64,000 nt of DNA from Lingula anatina (lineage: Eukaryota; Animalia; Brachiopoda), in the NCBI GenBank assembly GCA_051362555.1, contig CM120643.1:13366644-13430643 (forward strand). Reading direction: 5' to 3'. Below the pieces are notes generated by a model that saw only the letters and a list, made by a program, of their open reading frames with translations, was not told the origin of the DNA and searched no databases. How positions within the stretch are numbered: position 1 is the stretch's first letter; the number at the start of each line of letters is the position of its first letter. Below, piece by piece: positions 38,648 through 51,401 of this stretch. The translations under genes and the position numbers were made by a program.

Positions 38648-38770
38648 ATGTTCGCATATGACCATAAACAAGATTTTGACCAAAAACAGATTTTTCACAT
38701 CCTAGTCCTCCTTTCAAGCAAATATGAACTGAATTTTAACAGTTCTAATTGTAATACAGCCAGTCAAGGA
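38648..38770 (+). repeat. Copy 2 of the ~125-bp direct repeat (TPX2 3' UTR region)
   Basis: Near-identical to 33024-33153 and starts ~55 nt past the TPX2 stop codon. Confidence 0.92.
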
Positions 38771-38824
38771 GGTATTGGTCGATAACCATTCTGCCAAACA
38801 CACATGGTCAGCCTCAAGGAAAAA

Positions 38825-41800
38825 TTACACCTTGCGCGTCCGCTTTGAGAATCGCGGTGTCTTGGGTTCCGTGAGGGGCTTATCGCTGGGCATAACCTCA
38901 ACGGTGTTATACTTCCGCACAGGGTTTGGCTTGTGGACCATCTCTTTACGAAGTCTGGCAATTTCAGCCTTCTCTTCTTCCTCCCTTTCTCGCTCCCTCA
39001 TTTTCTGGATAAGGGCTATTTCTATTTCCTTCTCCTTTTTATGCATCTCGAACCCCTGTCGTTCTTCAGCCCTTCGTTCAGTGTACAGTTCTATATTACT
39101 GACGTCTGGAAGGTATTAAACATTCCATTAGGCCACACTTTTTTTTTATGGATGATATCCTACGCGCACCAATTTTCGTCATAATATGAAAAATTTGACT
39201 TCTAGACTATTACATCATAAAAAAAAATAAATTAATTTAAAAAAAATCCATTCTCAGCCAAAAGTATAGAAAGACCACAACCCTGACAGAGTCCATCAGA
39301 GCCCACTTACCTGTGAGAGCTTTGTTGGATTTTTTTGGTACAAATGGGGCCTCGTGCAGTACCTTGCTTGGTTTGGCTTTGAAGATCTTAGCTGCTCTCT
39401 CTTGCTTCAAACTTTCCTGCACCTGACATGGGTAAAAATATAACAATTAAATTAAGTAAGTGATATCTTACATAACAACCTAAAACTGTGAAGCTAGCTG
39501 TGTATGATTTATGAATGCTGGCTTGTTTCATCAATAATGCACTAGAAAAAAAATAATACAGAAAGAAAAAACACAGTGTATTAAGCTTCCTAAGAGGAAA
39601 AACACCCTATGCATTTTTTTTGTGCTTATAAAAGATAATTAAAAGACCACCATCAACCACAACAATGAAAAATTATTAATATAATTATGATTTTAATAAA
39701 TATATGATTTTGTAAATTTATAAATTATGGAGTTGTATTTTTATCTTATGACTCAGCTAGCAATGGCATGGGTAGAGAAATACTTTCATTAATTTGTGTT
39801 TCTTTAAGAGGACACCAAATAATACATCAATTATGGTTAAACTGAACAATTTTATATTACCAAGTCACCAAATCTACTTTTAAGCTGCCTTGTGGTAAAA
39901 ATGAAAGACCCACAAGGAAGACAGCCTTAAAGAAACCAATCCGCCCTGTCTCTACCTGCTGTGCCCATTCCTCGGCCCTTTTGGCTCCTCGCTGGTCGAT
40001 TTCCAGTTTGAAGGGCTGAGGCTCCGTGATAATCACTGGATTTTTGGATGGAATTCCTTTTGGGGAGCTTGACGGGAGCGGCTGTGCCTGGAACTCTCGG
40101 GCCTAGGGGGGAAAGTACATGAGATGTTCACCAAAATCGGTAACACGTTTAAAAATTATAAAAGGCCAACTTTTTTATTGTTATTTAGTTGTTTTGAACC
40201 CATATTCTTAATGTTCAAATTTTCTTAAATACTGCCAACAATTTATTTGGGAAATACAGCACGAGGTGTTTTGGGCCATTTTCCAAGCTTGGTATGGAAA
40301 AATTGTCCTAAATCAATGTTTGAAGATAGGACATGCATAATTTCACCAATGGGGTCTGCCAAAGTACTGGGATTGACTAGTTCTTACCCAGATGCCGCAA
40401 AGCCTCATGCTTCATCTCACCTTTCTCTCTTCTACCAAAACTTTATTAAGCTTCTGCTCCTTTCTTGTCAACATCTCTTGTGTATGACACTCCACACTGG
40501 GGAAGGGCTGAGGCTGGGTGGCCTCGTGGTTCAACTTGGGCTGGAAGACAAGGCCCGTGTGTGGGAGGGGGCGTGCCTTGAAGACCTCCTCATGCTGGAA
40601 ATCCCATAGAAGAATGCGTGTTAAATAATGTATCTCGGCACACCTTTCTTTAGTTAAAAAAACTAATTAAATAACTCAATTAATAGGTTCCTCACAACAG
40701 ATGTCTCACTCGCCCTGATGCTATATCTCTCTCTGAGCTCTCCCCTTCTCTAACCAAATAGAATCAGGATGGAAAATTTGAAAGATGTGCCAAAAAATGT
40801 ATATATTAGTTTATATTCAACTTAATGAAATTATTATCAATTTAATTTAATATTTATGAAGTAGTTTGTTGCTTACCATTGAGATAATGCTCACATTTCT
40901 TTAATTTTTGCAGCTTAAATTTCTCTTAAATTTGGGTAAATTTAAAATAAGTGACATTTTTTTTATAAAAACCAATTTTGCCAAGAAAACAATTGAGCAG
41001 TTACACTTTTAACAAATATGATATATATATGGCCAATGACAATCAATTCTCGGTAATAAAAAAATAAAATTCCATTGAACTCACCTTTTCCTCCTCTTTC
41101 TCATCTCTGCTTCTGTTTTTCATCTCCTGCAGCCTGCGATCTGTCTCAAAATCAAAGGGCTTGGGCTCTGTGAGATTCTTGGAGGCCACCTTCTTCACTC
41201 CCATGCTGGGGTTGGTGAAAATCCTGTGGTCCAATTTGGTTGCCTTAAATACATGCCTGCAAATAGCATGAAGATTAACTCAGCATTATATAACAGTCCT
41301 TCGATAAATGATGTATGCTATTATTCCTTCAGCATTTGTCTTTGTAGGTTTTTTCACACTAATGGTGTTCAAGAATATCAAACTTTTATTCAATATAACC
41401 CTTAAACAAGGAACAACAAATGTTAAAATTTCTCCTTTCAGAACATTTTACCTTAATATACAAACTTTCTGACCTCTTAGTTACACAAATAACAAGTAAA
41501 CAGTTATACAAGTAAATAAGAAAACAATCTCAAAAGCAGGAACAAAATACCCATACCTGAACAAAGTGGAAAATGCAGCAGTGTCGCAAAACTTTAAAAA
41601 GGACACATTTATTTACAGAACACTTACTGTTTCATTTCCTCCACTTCCTTCTCTTCTATCTCTTGTTTGCTTATGGCAGATACGGGCCTCTTTCGGCTCT
41701 TTGTTTCAAACTGTGGAGTCTTAGGGACAGTAAGTCTGGGAGAACCCTTCTTCTGGGTTGGGGCAGGCTCTGGAATAAAACACACCTCTCAGCTACGACT

Positions 41801-42827
41801 TTTAATCCATTATCTCAGCAGCTCATTCCCATTAAAACAATCATTCTGCATAGAACCTTAGATCAATCCAACTCTGCAGGGACTCTCACTGAGTACAATC
41901 AATTTAACAGATAAACACGCCAAGTTTTCAATCTCACAATTCAAGTTAATTTTTGGTTACAAGAAATCCTCATCCAAAAGGGTCCCTAAAAGATTTCACT
42001 CTATTACCTTTGCTCTTGTTTCTGAATCTGTCTGGGGTCTTGCTCTGAAACTGAATGACTTTCTCCGCCACCGAGGTAAACTTGTGACCTTCCTGTTTAT
42101 CACCATTCCCGTCCTTGCTCAGCTTCCTCTTACGGTTGTCAGAGAGACTGAACGGCTTTGGGATGGTGATGCCTTTGTGTGCTTTTGCCTGTGAATGCGA
42201 GGTGCCATGAATAAATAGCCACAAAACAATCTTCACTCTTTTGAGGTAAGAGTTTCGTTACTGACTTAAGCACCCAAAAACATAAAGCATAAGTCAAGGG
42301 CATTTCAATTTTTCTCTAAGATACACCTTGAACTGGGTCAAAGAGAAAGACAAAGTTGTTGACAGATGCAAATATTCATATCTCAGCACAACAAGAATCA
42401 AGTTGAACCATCTCAATAAGCTTTTATTTTTGGCACAGATGAGCTGAACTGAGATTTTCTGATACTCCTCTAAAGATAATAATAATGCAATGCAAAAAGA
42501 CTGACCATTTTTGCCAACATAAACCAAGGGACAAAAGCACTATGGCAACTGCCACAGATAATATTTCAAAGCTATCAGCTAGGTTTATATTAAAAAACTG
42601 ATTGGTATTTGAACTTTATCTGTGAACTGTAGCAGCACTTACATTGGGCTGGCTGTAATGGCGGAGTCCAGACTGGAAGTCTTGCTTGTCCTGCCTGGTC
42701 TCCATGGAGTGGACCTTCACCCGGCTGTCAGTCTCAAAGTGAAACTCCATAGGTCTGGTCAGCTCCACCTTGGAGTGAGGCACAGTGTAACCTGGGGAGG
42801 AATCCAAGAAGCAGACATGAGCATAGG

Positions 42828-42882
<55 letters not shown>

Positions 42883-45266
42883 ATTTATCATGGGACCCCA
42901 CACCTAACCAACCGGGGCCAGGGGCCGTCTTAGGAATTGATTCTAAAAATGCAGAATTCCGCGTTTTCGCAGAAAAATCTCATGTCTGAAAGTGTTCTAG
43001 GATATGCTGTTTGATAATTTAAATAAATAATTAAATAAACTAAAAACACTGTTTAAGATTAATGGATGGCAGGATATGACTAACCCATCATTCCATATAC
43101 ATCGTTTGCTTTTATCACCATTTTCTCTGTGGCCTTAAACTTTATTTTATCACAGAATATGGCTAAATTATTTATTTTCCTGTCCTGAAACTCTACTTAT
43201 ATCAACAAATATGCAAAGGGAGAAAACATATTAATTAAACGAGACTTCCACCACATTAGTTATCTCTGAGGCTGAAAGTTAAATTATTATTTATGAAAAT
43301 AAATTAATAAATGGCAAGTTAATACATAAAAATATAGAATTTTACCCTGGGATGCTTGTGCCTGCTTGTATGAAGCTTGAGCCATTTTTTTCTTTTCAGC
43401 CAGCTGATGTCTCATTTCATTAATTCTTTCCATTTCCAAGTCTTCCGTACTTTTAATATCAGCTGTTTTGTGTGCACTCCTCCTGAGTGAGTGAAAAAAA
43501 ATCATAAAATTTTACTGTCATATTCATACAAGTACAAAACACCTGTTCAAAAAGTCTCAGAAGTACAACAATATATATTGCAGGGTGAATCATTACAAAT
43601 TAGAACTAAAATATGTTAGGGCATCACATAGTAAGGGCTGTCATATTGTTCAATTAAAAAAAAATAATAAAAAATTGGGAAAAGAGTCCCTATTTCAGTC
43701 ATACCTCATAAAGCTAGGTGTATTGGGGATGGTGAGTTTGGGTGGTCCTTTTATAACTGGGACAGCCACATTTTTATTGTTGGCCTCCCGACTCCTGCCT
43801 CTGGCTGAGGACAGACTGTGGGTGCTGCTGTTGTGACTGCTGTTGTGACTGCTGTTGACCATGCGCCTCTTCTTAGCTGCCGGAGTTCTGTAGAAGAAAA
43901 AAAAAACATACTAAGTAAGAAAGCCATCTTCGAACAGGCTCACAAAAATTTTAACCCCTTTTTAGGAAACATTTGGAATAAAAAACTGTCATTTTAGAAC
44001 CTTCTGAAAACATTCCCAAGTCACCAGGTCATAAAAACATCAAAAATATCATACAATGACAGGATAATTTATTTTATAGAAGTTATTATCAGGGACCCAT
44101 AATTCTGCAGTAATGTAAGAAATAAAATACCAATTTTTCCTTTTCTTACCCAACTGATGCAGCCCTGGGTGCTCTTGGTGTTCGTCGCAATGCTGGTGAC
44201 CTGCTCTGTCTGGCTGCACGTATTGAGCGACTGCAACTGGAGGGATAGAATTTCATGAACATATAACAGACAAAATGTTATACACAATGAATTATACACA
44301 ATCTTCATATTGAAGTAGTTATCCCCCCTTCGGCTCCCCATCACAAAAAGGACAAGCTTTTCCAAAGTCTAACCTTCCCAAGAAGAAAAGAAGAGGCAAG
44401 TATGACAACATCTCATCTCTTTGTACAACACCTCTTGAAAGTCTGAATCTGCTACTGCAGCCAGGATTAAAGATGAAAATGTTTTCCCCTTAAGAAATCT
44501 GAAAACATTTACCTATTAGATCTACCACCATGCTTAGGTTTTGCATCATTCCATGCTGAGAGGGAAGTCACAAGGTTTGATGGAACTTTTAACTTTGTCT
44601 CAGCAGTTGCCTCTGTTTTACTGTCTAAATCTTTTTGATCACCCTGTTTTTCTTCAGACTTTAAGCTGGCTCGTGGTTCCCTTCTTGGGGTTGTCTTTGG
44701 AGAGGAATGAACTTGTTTGCTGTTTTGCAAACTTTTAAGAATTTGTCTTTCAGATTTTCTTTTCCCCTCTGATTTTGGTGTTTGCGCCAGCCTGGAGTTG
44801 CTTCTACTGGACGGCAGGCTTTTTTCACGCTCTTCATTAACACAATCTACAAGGAAAATAAAATAATTTCAAGAACAAAATCAAACAATTTGTCTCTTTT
44901 TATCAATATCACTGTAACTAAGGATGATTTTGACAACAACCTTAAGAAAAATGACAATTAATAAAAATAGTCTGTGTTATGAACGACTGTGTATAGAGAT
45001 CATAGCACAGTTCAGCTGAAATTTTTCCTTTTACTCATGAGGTGAGTCGATTAAAATAAGTTTATGCATTGTTACCATCTGGTTGATGTACTGAACTAAA
45101 CTCATTCTTGTTAACCTTTGACTGAGATACCATAAACAAAACTATGTATCTTGGCGAATTTAAAACGATACTCACCAAACCATTCATCCGCATTATCATC
45201 CATCGGGATGGGTGCGCTGAAATCAACGAATTGCGGAGCTTCAAATTCCCAAAGATCTTCGTCCAT
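38825..45266 (-). CDS. TPX2: Targeting protein for Xklp2 (spindle assembly factor), ~13 exons
   Basis: N-terminal Aurora-A-binding-type motif MDEDLWEFEAPQFVDFS...NADEWF, repeated T.P.PF.F.TD.R and LT.P.TP motifs, FKAKP, and C-terminal EIARLRKEMVHKPNPVRKY...SDKPLTEPKTPRFS. Confidence 0.93.
41820..41920. mobile_element. Partial copy (one arm) of MITE family A in a TPX2 intron
   Basis: GCTCATTCCCATTAAAAC...GATCAATCCAACTCTGCAGGGACTCTCACTGA matches the left arm of 8369-8657. Confidence 0.6.
42832..42990. repeat. Dispersed ~110-bp repeat next to a poly(A) run, with an inverted homologue at 46157-46282
   Basis: ACATTTATCATGGGACCCCACACCTAACC...GCAGAAAAATCTCATGTCTGA matches the reverse complement of the copy in anamorsin intron. 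Confidence 0.7.
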
Positions 45267-45339
45267 TGTAATGCTTTACCTGTAGCCTATTTATCCTTTT
45301 TAAAACAAAAAGAGTTAGGTGTGCTGTCCTGAGGAAAAC

Positions 45340-45700
45340 TTGCTTCACTCTAACAACAATTTCAAATCGCCGCTGTTGCAGGTTTGAGTATCAACCAATG
45401 GGAGCGATAGTTTCAATGATTTGCAAGGCTGAAAACAAGGCTTTGATTGGTTGACAAAACTCGACATTGTCCGGTAAAATCCGTCACTTAAATTTATACG
45501 ATTATAATAAAGTTTCTTCGCTTCAGATATGAAGATATGTGTCAATTCTGACCTTATGCTAAATTACTTGGTCATGTGAAAATTCTTATGGTTAAAACTA
45601 TCCATTTCCTATATAAGTAGGTCATTCAAGGTCGTTGCCTATTTTTGGTGACCTAAACGTCTGAAGGTGCAAGTCATAAAGATAAGTGCGTGTTACTGGT
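45340..45700. promoter_or_regulatory. Bidirectional TPX2/CIAPIN1 promoter with a CDE/CHR-like element and two CCAAT boxes
   Basis: The minus strand reads GCGGCGATTTGAAA at 45360-45373. CCAAT at 45395, ATTGG at 45446, and the CIAPIN1 non-coding exon donor at ~45699. Confidence 0.65.
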
Positions 45701-45937
45701 AAGTTTGTTGTTGTGAACCTAAAATACAACAGTAACTTCAGTCTTCTTCTATATTTGGCTCTAAATCAATTTTTATTGTTCAATTATAGGAGATAGTGGG
45801 AATATATTGAAGTTGCGATTAGTGGGTATTTAAAAGTCTTTTTTTTTTATCTTTTTACATATTAAAAAAGTAATTTTGTATATGAGGTGAATAATGCAGG
45901 TTTGTATTTATTATTTCAGTAATTCTATACTGTAAGT

Positions 45938-47484
45938 ATGGATTTTAACCAAAGTGTGAAGAAAGACGATCATGTTCTGTTGTTGTGGGGCAGCAGTAAT
46001 TCCCCAGCCACACTGCAAGAAGCAGTGACACAGCTACAGGATGTGGTGGGACAAGGAGGCAAGGTTCAGGTGGAACATACAGAAAGGTTGATGTTGTGTA
46101 AGTTTCAGTTTGTGTACAGGCTTAGAGGTCTACATTTATATTGTTAACATCCTAGATCAGACATGAGCTTTTTCTGCAAAAAAGCAGAGTTTGTTTTTTA
46201 ATTCAATTCTGATGGTTCCTGAGATTCGTCAAGGTTAGGTGTTGGGTCCCATGATAAATGTTCAGAGTTTTTTTTTTTTTCTTAAACCTAGGTTTATGTC
46301 TGTTAGATATATGTTGAAACATATAGTTTCTGAGCTTCCATTTCTTTACCAAATGCCCAAGATAAACCAATATTTGCACATAGAAAATGTAAGATAATTT
46401 TGATGTCATGTACCATTTTTTTAAGTGAATAAGATAAATTGGCCTACATAAGAAGTATATTTGACTTTCACATTGTTGGCTTTCATTTAGGTGGTATCAT
46501 TTATGTCTGAATAAAGTCTACCAGTTACCAAGGCTACTTATGTTTGTTCAAATCATGTTGATGAATCCATATGATGCATGCAGATATTGAAATGATTGAC
46601 CTAAGGTGTTTAAGGTTTCCTTTGCTTTTGTGCAGAAAACTTCTTCTCATTATATCATACACATACGGAGTTGATGAACATTTTTCAGTAAGCTAGTTTA
46701 TGAATAATTTTTTTTTTTAAATTTCAGCCAATCACCAAGCATCCACATTTGACACGGTATTGTCTGGTGCTGTCAGTCCTGCTGCCTATGTCCACAGTGC
46801 TGAAGTCACATCAGAAATAGCCAAAATTTTAAAACCAAATGGAACATTTGTGTTGAGAGAACCAGTGACAAACACAGAAAATTCCTCAAAGCTTCGGACA
46901 CCAAAGAAACTGATGTCGGCTTTAAAATTGGCAGGATTTGTAAATATTTCAGAGGTAGTGTTTATGTGCTTGTGTTTTTGCTTGTACATGAGTGTTTCAC
47001 TAAATGACTTGGTAAATGTTTGACAAGTTATTTCCTATTATATCAAGATAATCTAATGAAAAGTCAATTCATAGATATTGAGAGTGTGCAACAATTTGCA
47101 TTTTGATGAAACTTTCAGATAAAAAGACTGTGATCATGATTTGACTACATGAGCCTCTGAAAAACAATTAAATGCATGTGTTGGAAAAGCAAAATGCCAT
47201 GTGCAATTTCCCATTTACAACATTGAAAAGAAATGACACTATTGTCTCTGTCTCTGAAAACAGTTTTCTATGTATCTGTGTAAAACGAACAAAAACATTT
47301 TTTTCCTGATTTCTTTCTTATGTTGTAAGGGACATTCAGATTTTATGACATGTACTGTGTTATAATGTCCTAAATAAATTATTATTATTTATATTGTTAA
47401 GTCACAATTCATATTGTGTAGTGGTAAAAACTTAGGCATGATCTTTTGTGTCAACAACTTAAGCAATTTGCATAGAATTCTCGC

Positions 47485-47538
<54 letters not shown>

Positions 47539-49141
47539 ATATGGATGTGGTTTTAATTCATTCCAGCCGGAAGTGGTCAGTCTAACAGATGATGACAAGT
47601 CCCAGTTAAACTCTCTCCTTGGTGCTGGCGACGTCTGTCTGGTTCAAATACAGGGGTCTAAGCCCGCCTATGAAGTGGGTGCAGCCTCCCAACTCAAACT
47701 ATCTTTTGCTAAAAAAACAGGTACAGATCAAAAATTGCTGGTATTCATTTAATTTTTATTGTTAGAAGAATACCTGTGAAATGTATGACTTTGATGATTT
47801 AAAAAAATTTTTTTAGTGTTGAAATGAAGTAATTTTAATTAAAATTTGAGCTTTACTACACTGAGCAAAAATGTAATTTCCCCATGTGAATTATTTATGC
47901 AACATGTAATGGGCTACTGACATTTATCTGAAGCTACAAACAGTACAGAAAGTAATCTAGCATAATGAACAACAAAATTCATTTTTTGATTTAATATATA
48001 CATATATAACCCATAAAGCTGATAAATGTTTAAAGTACTGCATGGGGCATTTATATTTTTGATCAGTTTTAACATGAAAATCCTGTTATGAATTGTAAAT
48101 GTGTGTTCCAGACAAGCCCAAGGTGGACCCCAGTGCTGCCAAAGTGTGGACGTTATCAGCTAATGACATGTTAGATGGTGACATAGAACTGGTAGATGAT
48201 GATGACCTGCTAGATGAAGATGATCTTAAAAAGCCTGATGCAGATTCTCTGAAAGGTGCCTAATTAGATAGTTGAAAATGATGCTTTTTTTTTATGATAA
48301 AATATTTCCATTTTGAAAATTGAGAAAAGTAATTGTTCTGAATTTAGTACAGATTTTAGAAATGAAAACCAAAATTGATAACAGGGATAGAATGAAGTAA
48401 TTTATTTTTCTTCAGTCAACAACAAATTTTGAAAAGGAGCAGCATAGATCATTATTATTATTTTTAATTAATTAGTTACTTTCTTCTTCTTATTATTATT
48501 ATTCAGCCTGTGGTCCCGCTAGGAAGAAGGCTTGTAAGAACTGCACCTGTGGCTTAGCTGAAGAACTGGCAGAGGGTGGACCAGAGCAGAAAGCTCCAAA
48601 ACAGAAAGCTGCTACCTCAGCTTGTGGAAGTGTGAGTACTCAGTGATTAGTATTTATATCTGAAAAATGGTATTTTCTTGATAAATATGGATCTTTCTCT
48701 TTTTCTCTCTCTCTCTTTCTCTCCATTTATTTTATTTTAGAAACTTAAAATGATAACACCAGATATTGGAATATATTTACTGTTTGCAAAATGCAATATT
48801 AAAATCTGAATTTTTTTCACTCAGTAACACAGTAATCTCTAGAGTGTGTGTGAATACATTTTTACATTCTTGCGTGCATTTGTGTGTGATAAGAGTGAAA
48901 AAAGAGGTGTTTAATAATTTTTTGAATTAATGTAATTATACTGTAATTAATGTAATTATACTGATAATATATTTAAGACAGACTTAATATTTAGTGGAAT
49001 GATTAATTGTTAATCCTCGTGTTTCAGTGTTACCTTGGAGATGCCTTCAGGTGTGCCAGCTGCCCCTATCTTGGGATGCCAGCTTTTAAACCAGGAGAAA
49101 AGATTGAACTATCAAACAGGCAATTGAAGGCTGATGCTTGA
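45938..49141 (+). CDS. CIAPIN1: Anamorsin (cytosolic Fe-S cluster assembly factor, Dre2 homologue), 6 coding exons
   Basis: Methyltransferase-like N-domain ([37 protein letters not shown]), acidic linker [15 protein letters not shown], then [15 protein letters not shown] and [31 protein letters not shown]. Confidence 0.96.
47489..47538. repeat. (TTA)n microsatellite
   Basis: Read directly from the sequence. Confidence 0.95.
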
Positions 49142-49176
49142 TCTTTAACTAACCGCCACTGAATGAGATATGAGAA

Positions 49177-49329
49177 CAGTGCCCCGTATCTCGAAAGCAT
49201 CGCGTATTGCGAATAGTGATATCACATAGAGGCTACAATGTATTATATAGGGCGAGTATGGGAGAGTTATGGAATCCAGACGCTTGCGCTCAGTCGTAAT
49301 GTGCGATGCTTTCGAGTTACGGGCACCTG
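49177..49329. mobile_element. MITE with ~35-bp TIRs in the CIAPIN1 3' UTR
   Basis: CAGTGCCCCGTATCTCGAAAGCATCGCGTATTGCGA at the left; the reverse complement of the right end reads CAGGTGCCCGTAACTCGAAAGCATCGCACATTACGA. Confidence 0.8.
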
Positions 49330-49912
49330 GACGTGCAGGGCTTTCTGCTATTGCAGCTCTCATATCATTGTCTCATTTGAACTAAAAACCATAAAAAAGG
49401 AATGAGTATGACACACTTCTGCTATTACTGCTCTTGTGTTATTAACTCTTTTTAACTAAAAATGACTGCCACTTCTGAAAGCAGTGACCAATGAAAGCAA
49501 AGCGTTCCATACTTGATTTCATTGTTATATATCATTTGATAATAAGTGCTATTTATATGACAGTTTTTCAAGCTTAAGTTGTAGCCATTACAACACGGCG
49601 GTAGGTATGAGAGGAATAAAAGAGAGAGTGCTGGATATTTATGTTTAACAGGTAGCCTAATGATTATTTATTTGAGAGAGAGAGATAGAGAGGTGGGGGG
49701 GGGGGGGAGAAAGGGAGAGAGCAGTTTCCATACAGAGGGGGGTGGGACAACACGTTTTTAAAGTGTCAAGACAGATAACCAAATTTTAATTTTTTAATTG
49801 TAAAAAAAACTAATCTTTTCCTTCGTAGAATAAGTTTGATAAGCTAATTTTGTTAAATAGAGATGTTGATATGATTGGAAGCTGAATGATGTTAAATAAA
49901 TTTTCCTGAGGT

Positions 49913-50071
49913 CAGGGGCGGATTGAGGCTGTCTTCTGGAAGACGGTCAGATTTTCAAGTTTACATTGACAGGTATCTAATTTTTACTGTCGGAAGACGG
50001 TCAAAAATGGAGGATGGATCAACTAAGATAATTTGGAAGACTGTCAGAAAATATCTCTGGATCCGCCCCTG
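49913..50071. mobile_element. MITE with CAGGGGCGGAT/ATCCGCCCCTG termini and a 5-bp TSD
   Basis: Perfect 11-bp TIR, with GAGGT directly repeated on both flanks (49908-49912 and 50072-50076). Confidence 0.82.
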
Positions 50072-50989
50072 GAGGTCTTCTGAATATTCTACTATCAACG
50101 GACCAATGTTATTACCATGTGTGACAGGAATGGTAGTGCTAGGTTAGGGTTAGCTGGAAGTATAAGACTGGGTATATGGGACGTACCTGGGACGAATGTC
50201 ACCTATACAAAGTAATGCGGATCGGACTAAAGTACCTAGTGGACAACAATATCTTGTACCGAGTTAAAAAAAAAAGTTCCTGATAGAACATGATCATTGT
50301 TTTATTTCTTTGTTGAAAAGAGGAAATTCCAGTAATTTCCAGACATAGTTTATACTGAAAAGAATTTAACTCAAATTCAATATAAACATTTAAGATGAAT
50401 GGAGTTATTTATTCAGTCGTTTAAATATTTCTATGTTAATAAATGTATTTGTGCAGAGAATATTATTTTCACATTTATTACAGGAAAAGTCGCTTTAGAA
50501 AAATAATTTATCAAAAATTTAACAACAATCAATTCAGTTTTAAATTGGTTAGTTTTGCCATATTTTGTGTGATTTTGTTTGGAAGTTGACAGGCGTTTAA
50601 AATATGCTATCAATAAGACAAATGAAAATTAAATTGTCTCACGAAGCCTGAGACTGTACTCTCTGATTACAGGGTGCGTTAATAGTCTGTTACCCTGCAA
50701 TTTTGTGTACTATCTCGGGAGCTCTTGATATAAGAGGGCACTTAGACTGCACTACGCTTGGAGTACGTGACACCGAAGTGACTCTCAACGTCGACATACA
50801 AAATGCACAAAACCTCTTGAAATCATGCTCTTCGCGAAACAAATTGAGAATAATTGCATCTCAGTGAAAAAGGAGAAAGAAATGGTAAATAGGAAAAGGA
50901 AAACCAGCGATGTCATCTACAAGTTTGCAGCAATGAATGTGCCTTCTTTGGAGAGAAAACGGTAACAGTGATATTATATAGATATTTTA

Positions 50990-51123
50990 TACTCTCTACC
51001 AGAAGCACAGATTGATTTTTCACTAGATATTAAGAGGTATGTCTCTGGTTAAATAGATGGCTAATCTCTACTGCCTCAGCAAAAATGTCCACAGAATAAT
51101 AACTGCGGCCCTGGTAGAGGGTA
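50990..51123. mobile_element. MITE family B (TACCCTCTACCAG termini), copy 1
   Basis: TACTCTCTACCAG...CTGGTAGAGGGTA, with an interior similar to 56463-56596. Confidence 0.7.
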
Positions 51124-51401
51124 GATATTTAAGGTGTATTTTGGATTTATTAGCACGGCGCAAAACGAGCACTTATCATGGATTATGATGTATAAAATCA
51201 TCGCTGAATCATTTATAAACTCGCTGGTTGGGTCTATATACAGCTTTACGAGAATGTATCTCACAATGAGTCAAATATCCACTCCACTTTCGTTGTCAGT
51301 TATTGTCTTCTTTCGTCATAGGGCACTGCGAAAACGAGTTCAACCTTTAAGGTGGTAACCTTTGACTCTTGACTTTGATCTGAACCTAGCCCTTGTGATT
51401 C

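Noticed and set aside
48507-48550. Anamorsin first Cys motif spaced CX7C rather than CX8C
   Set aside because: This spacer varies among Dre2/anamorsin homologues and all ligands are present.
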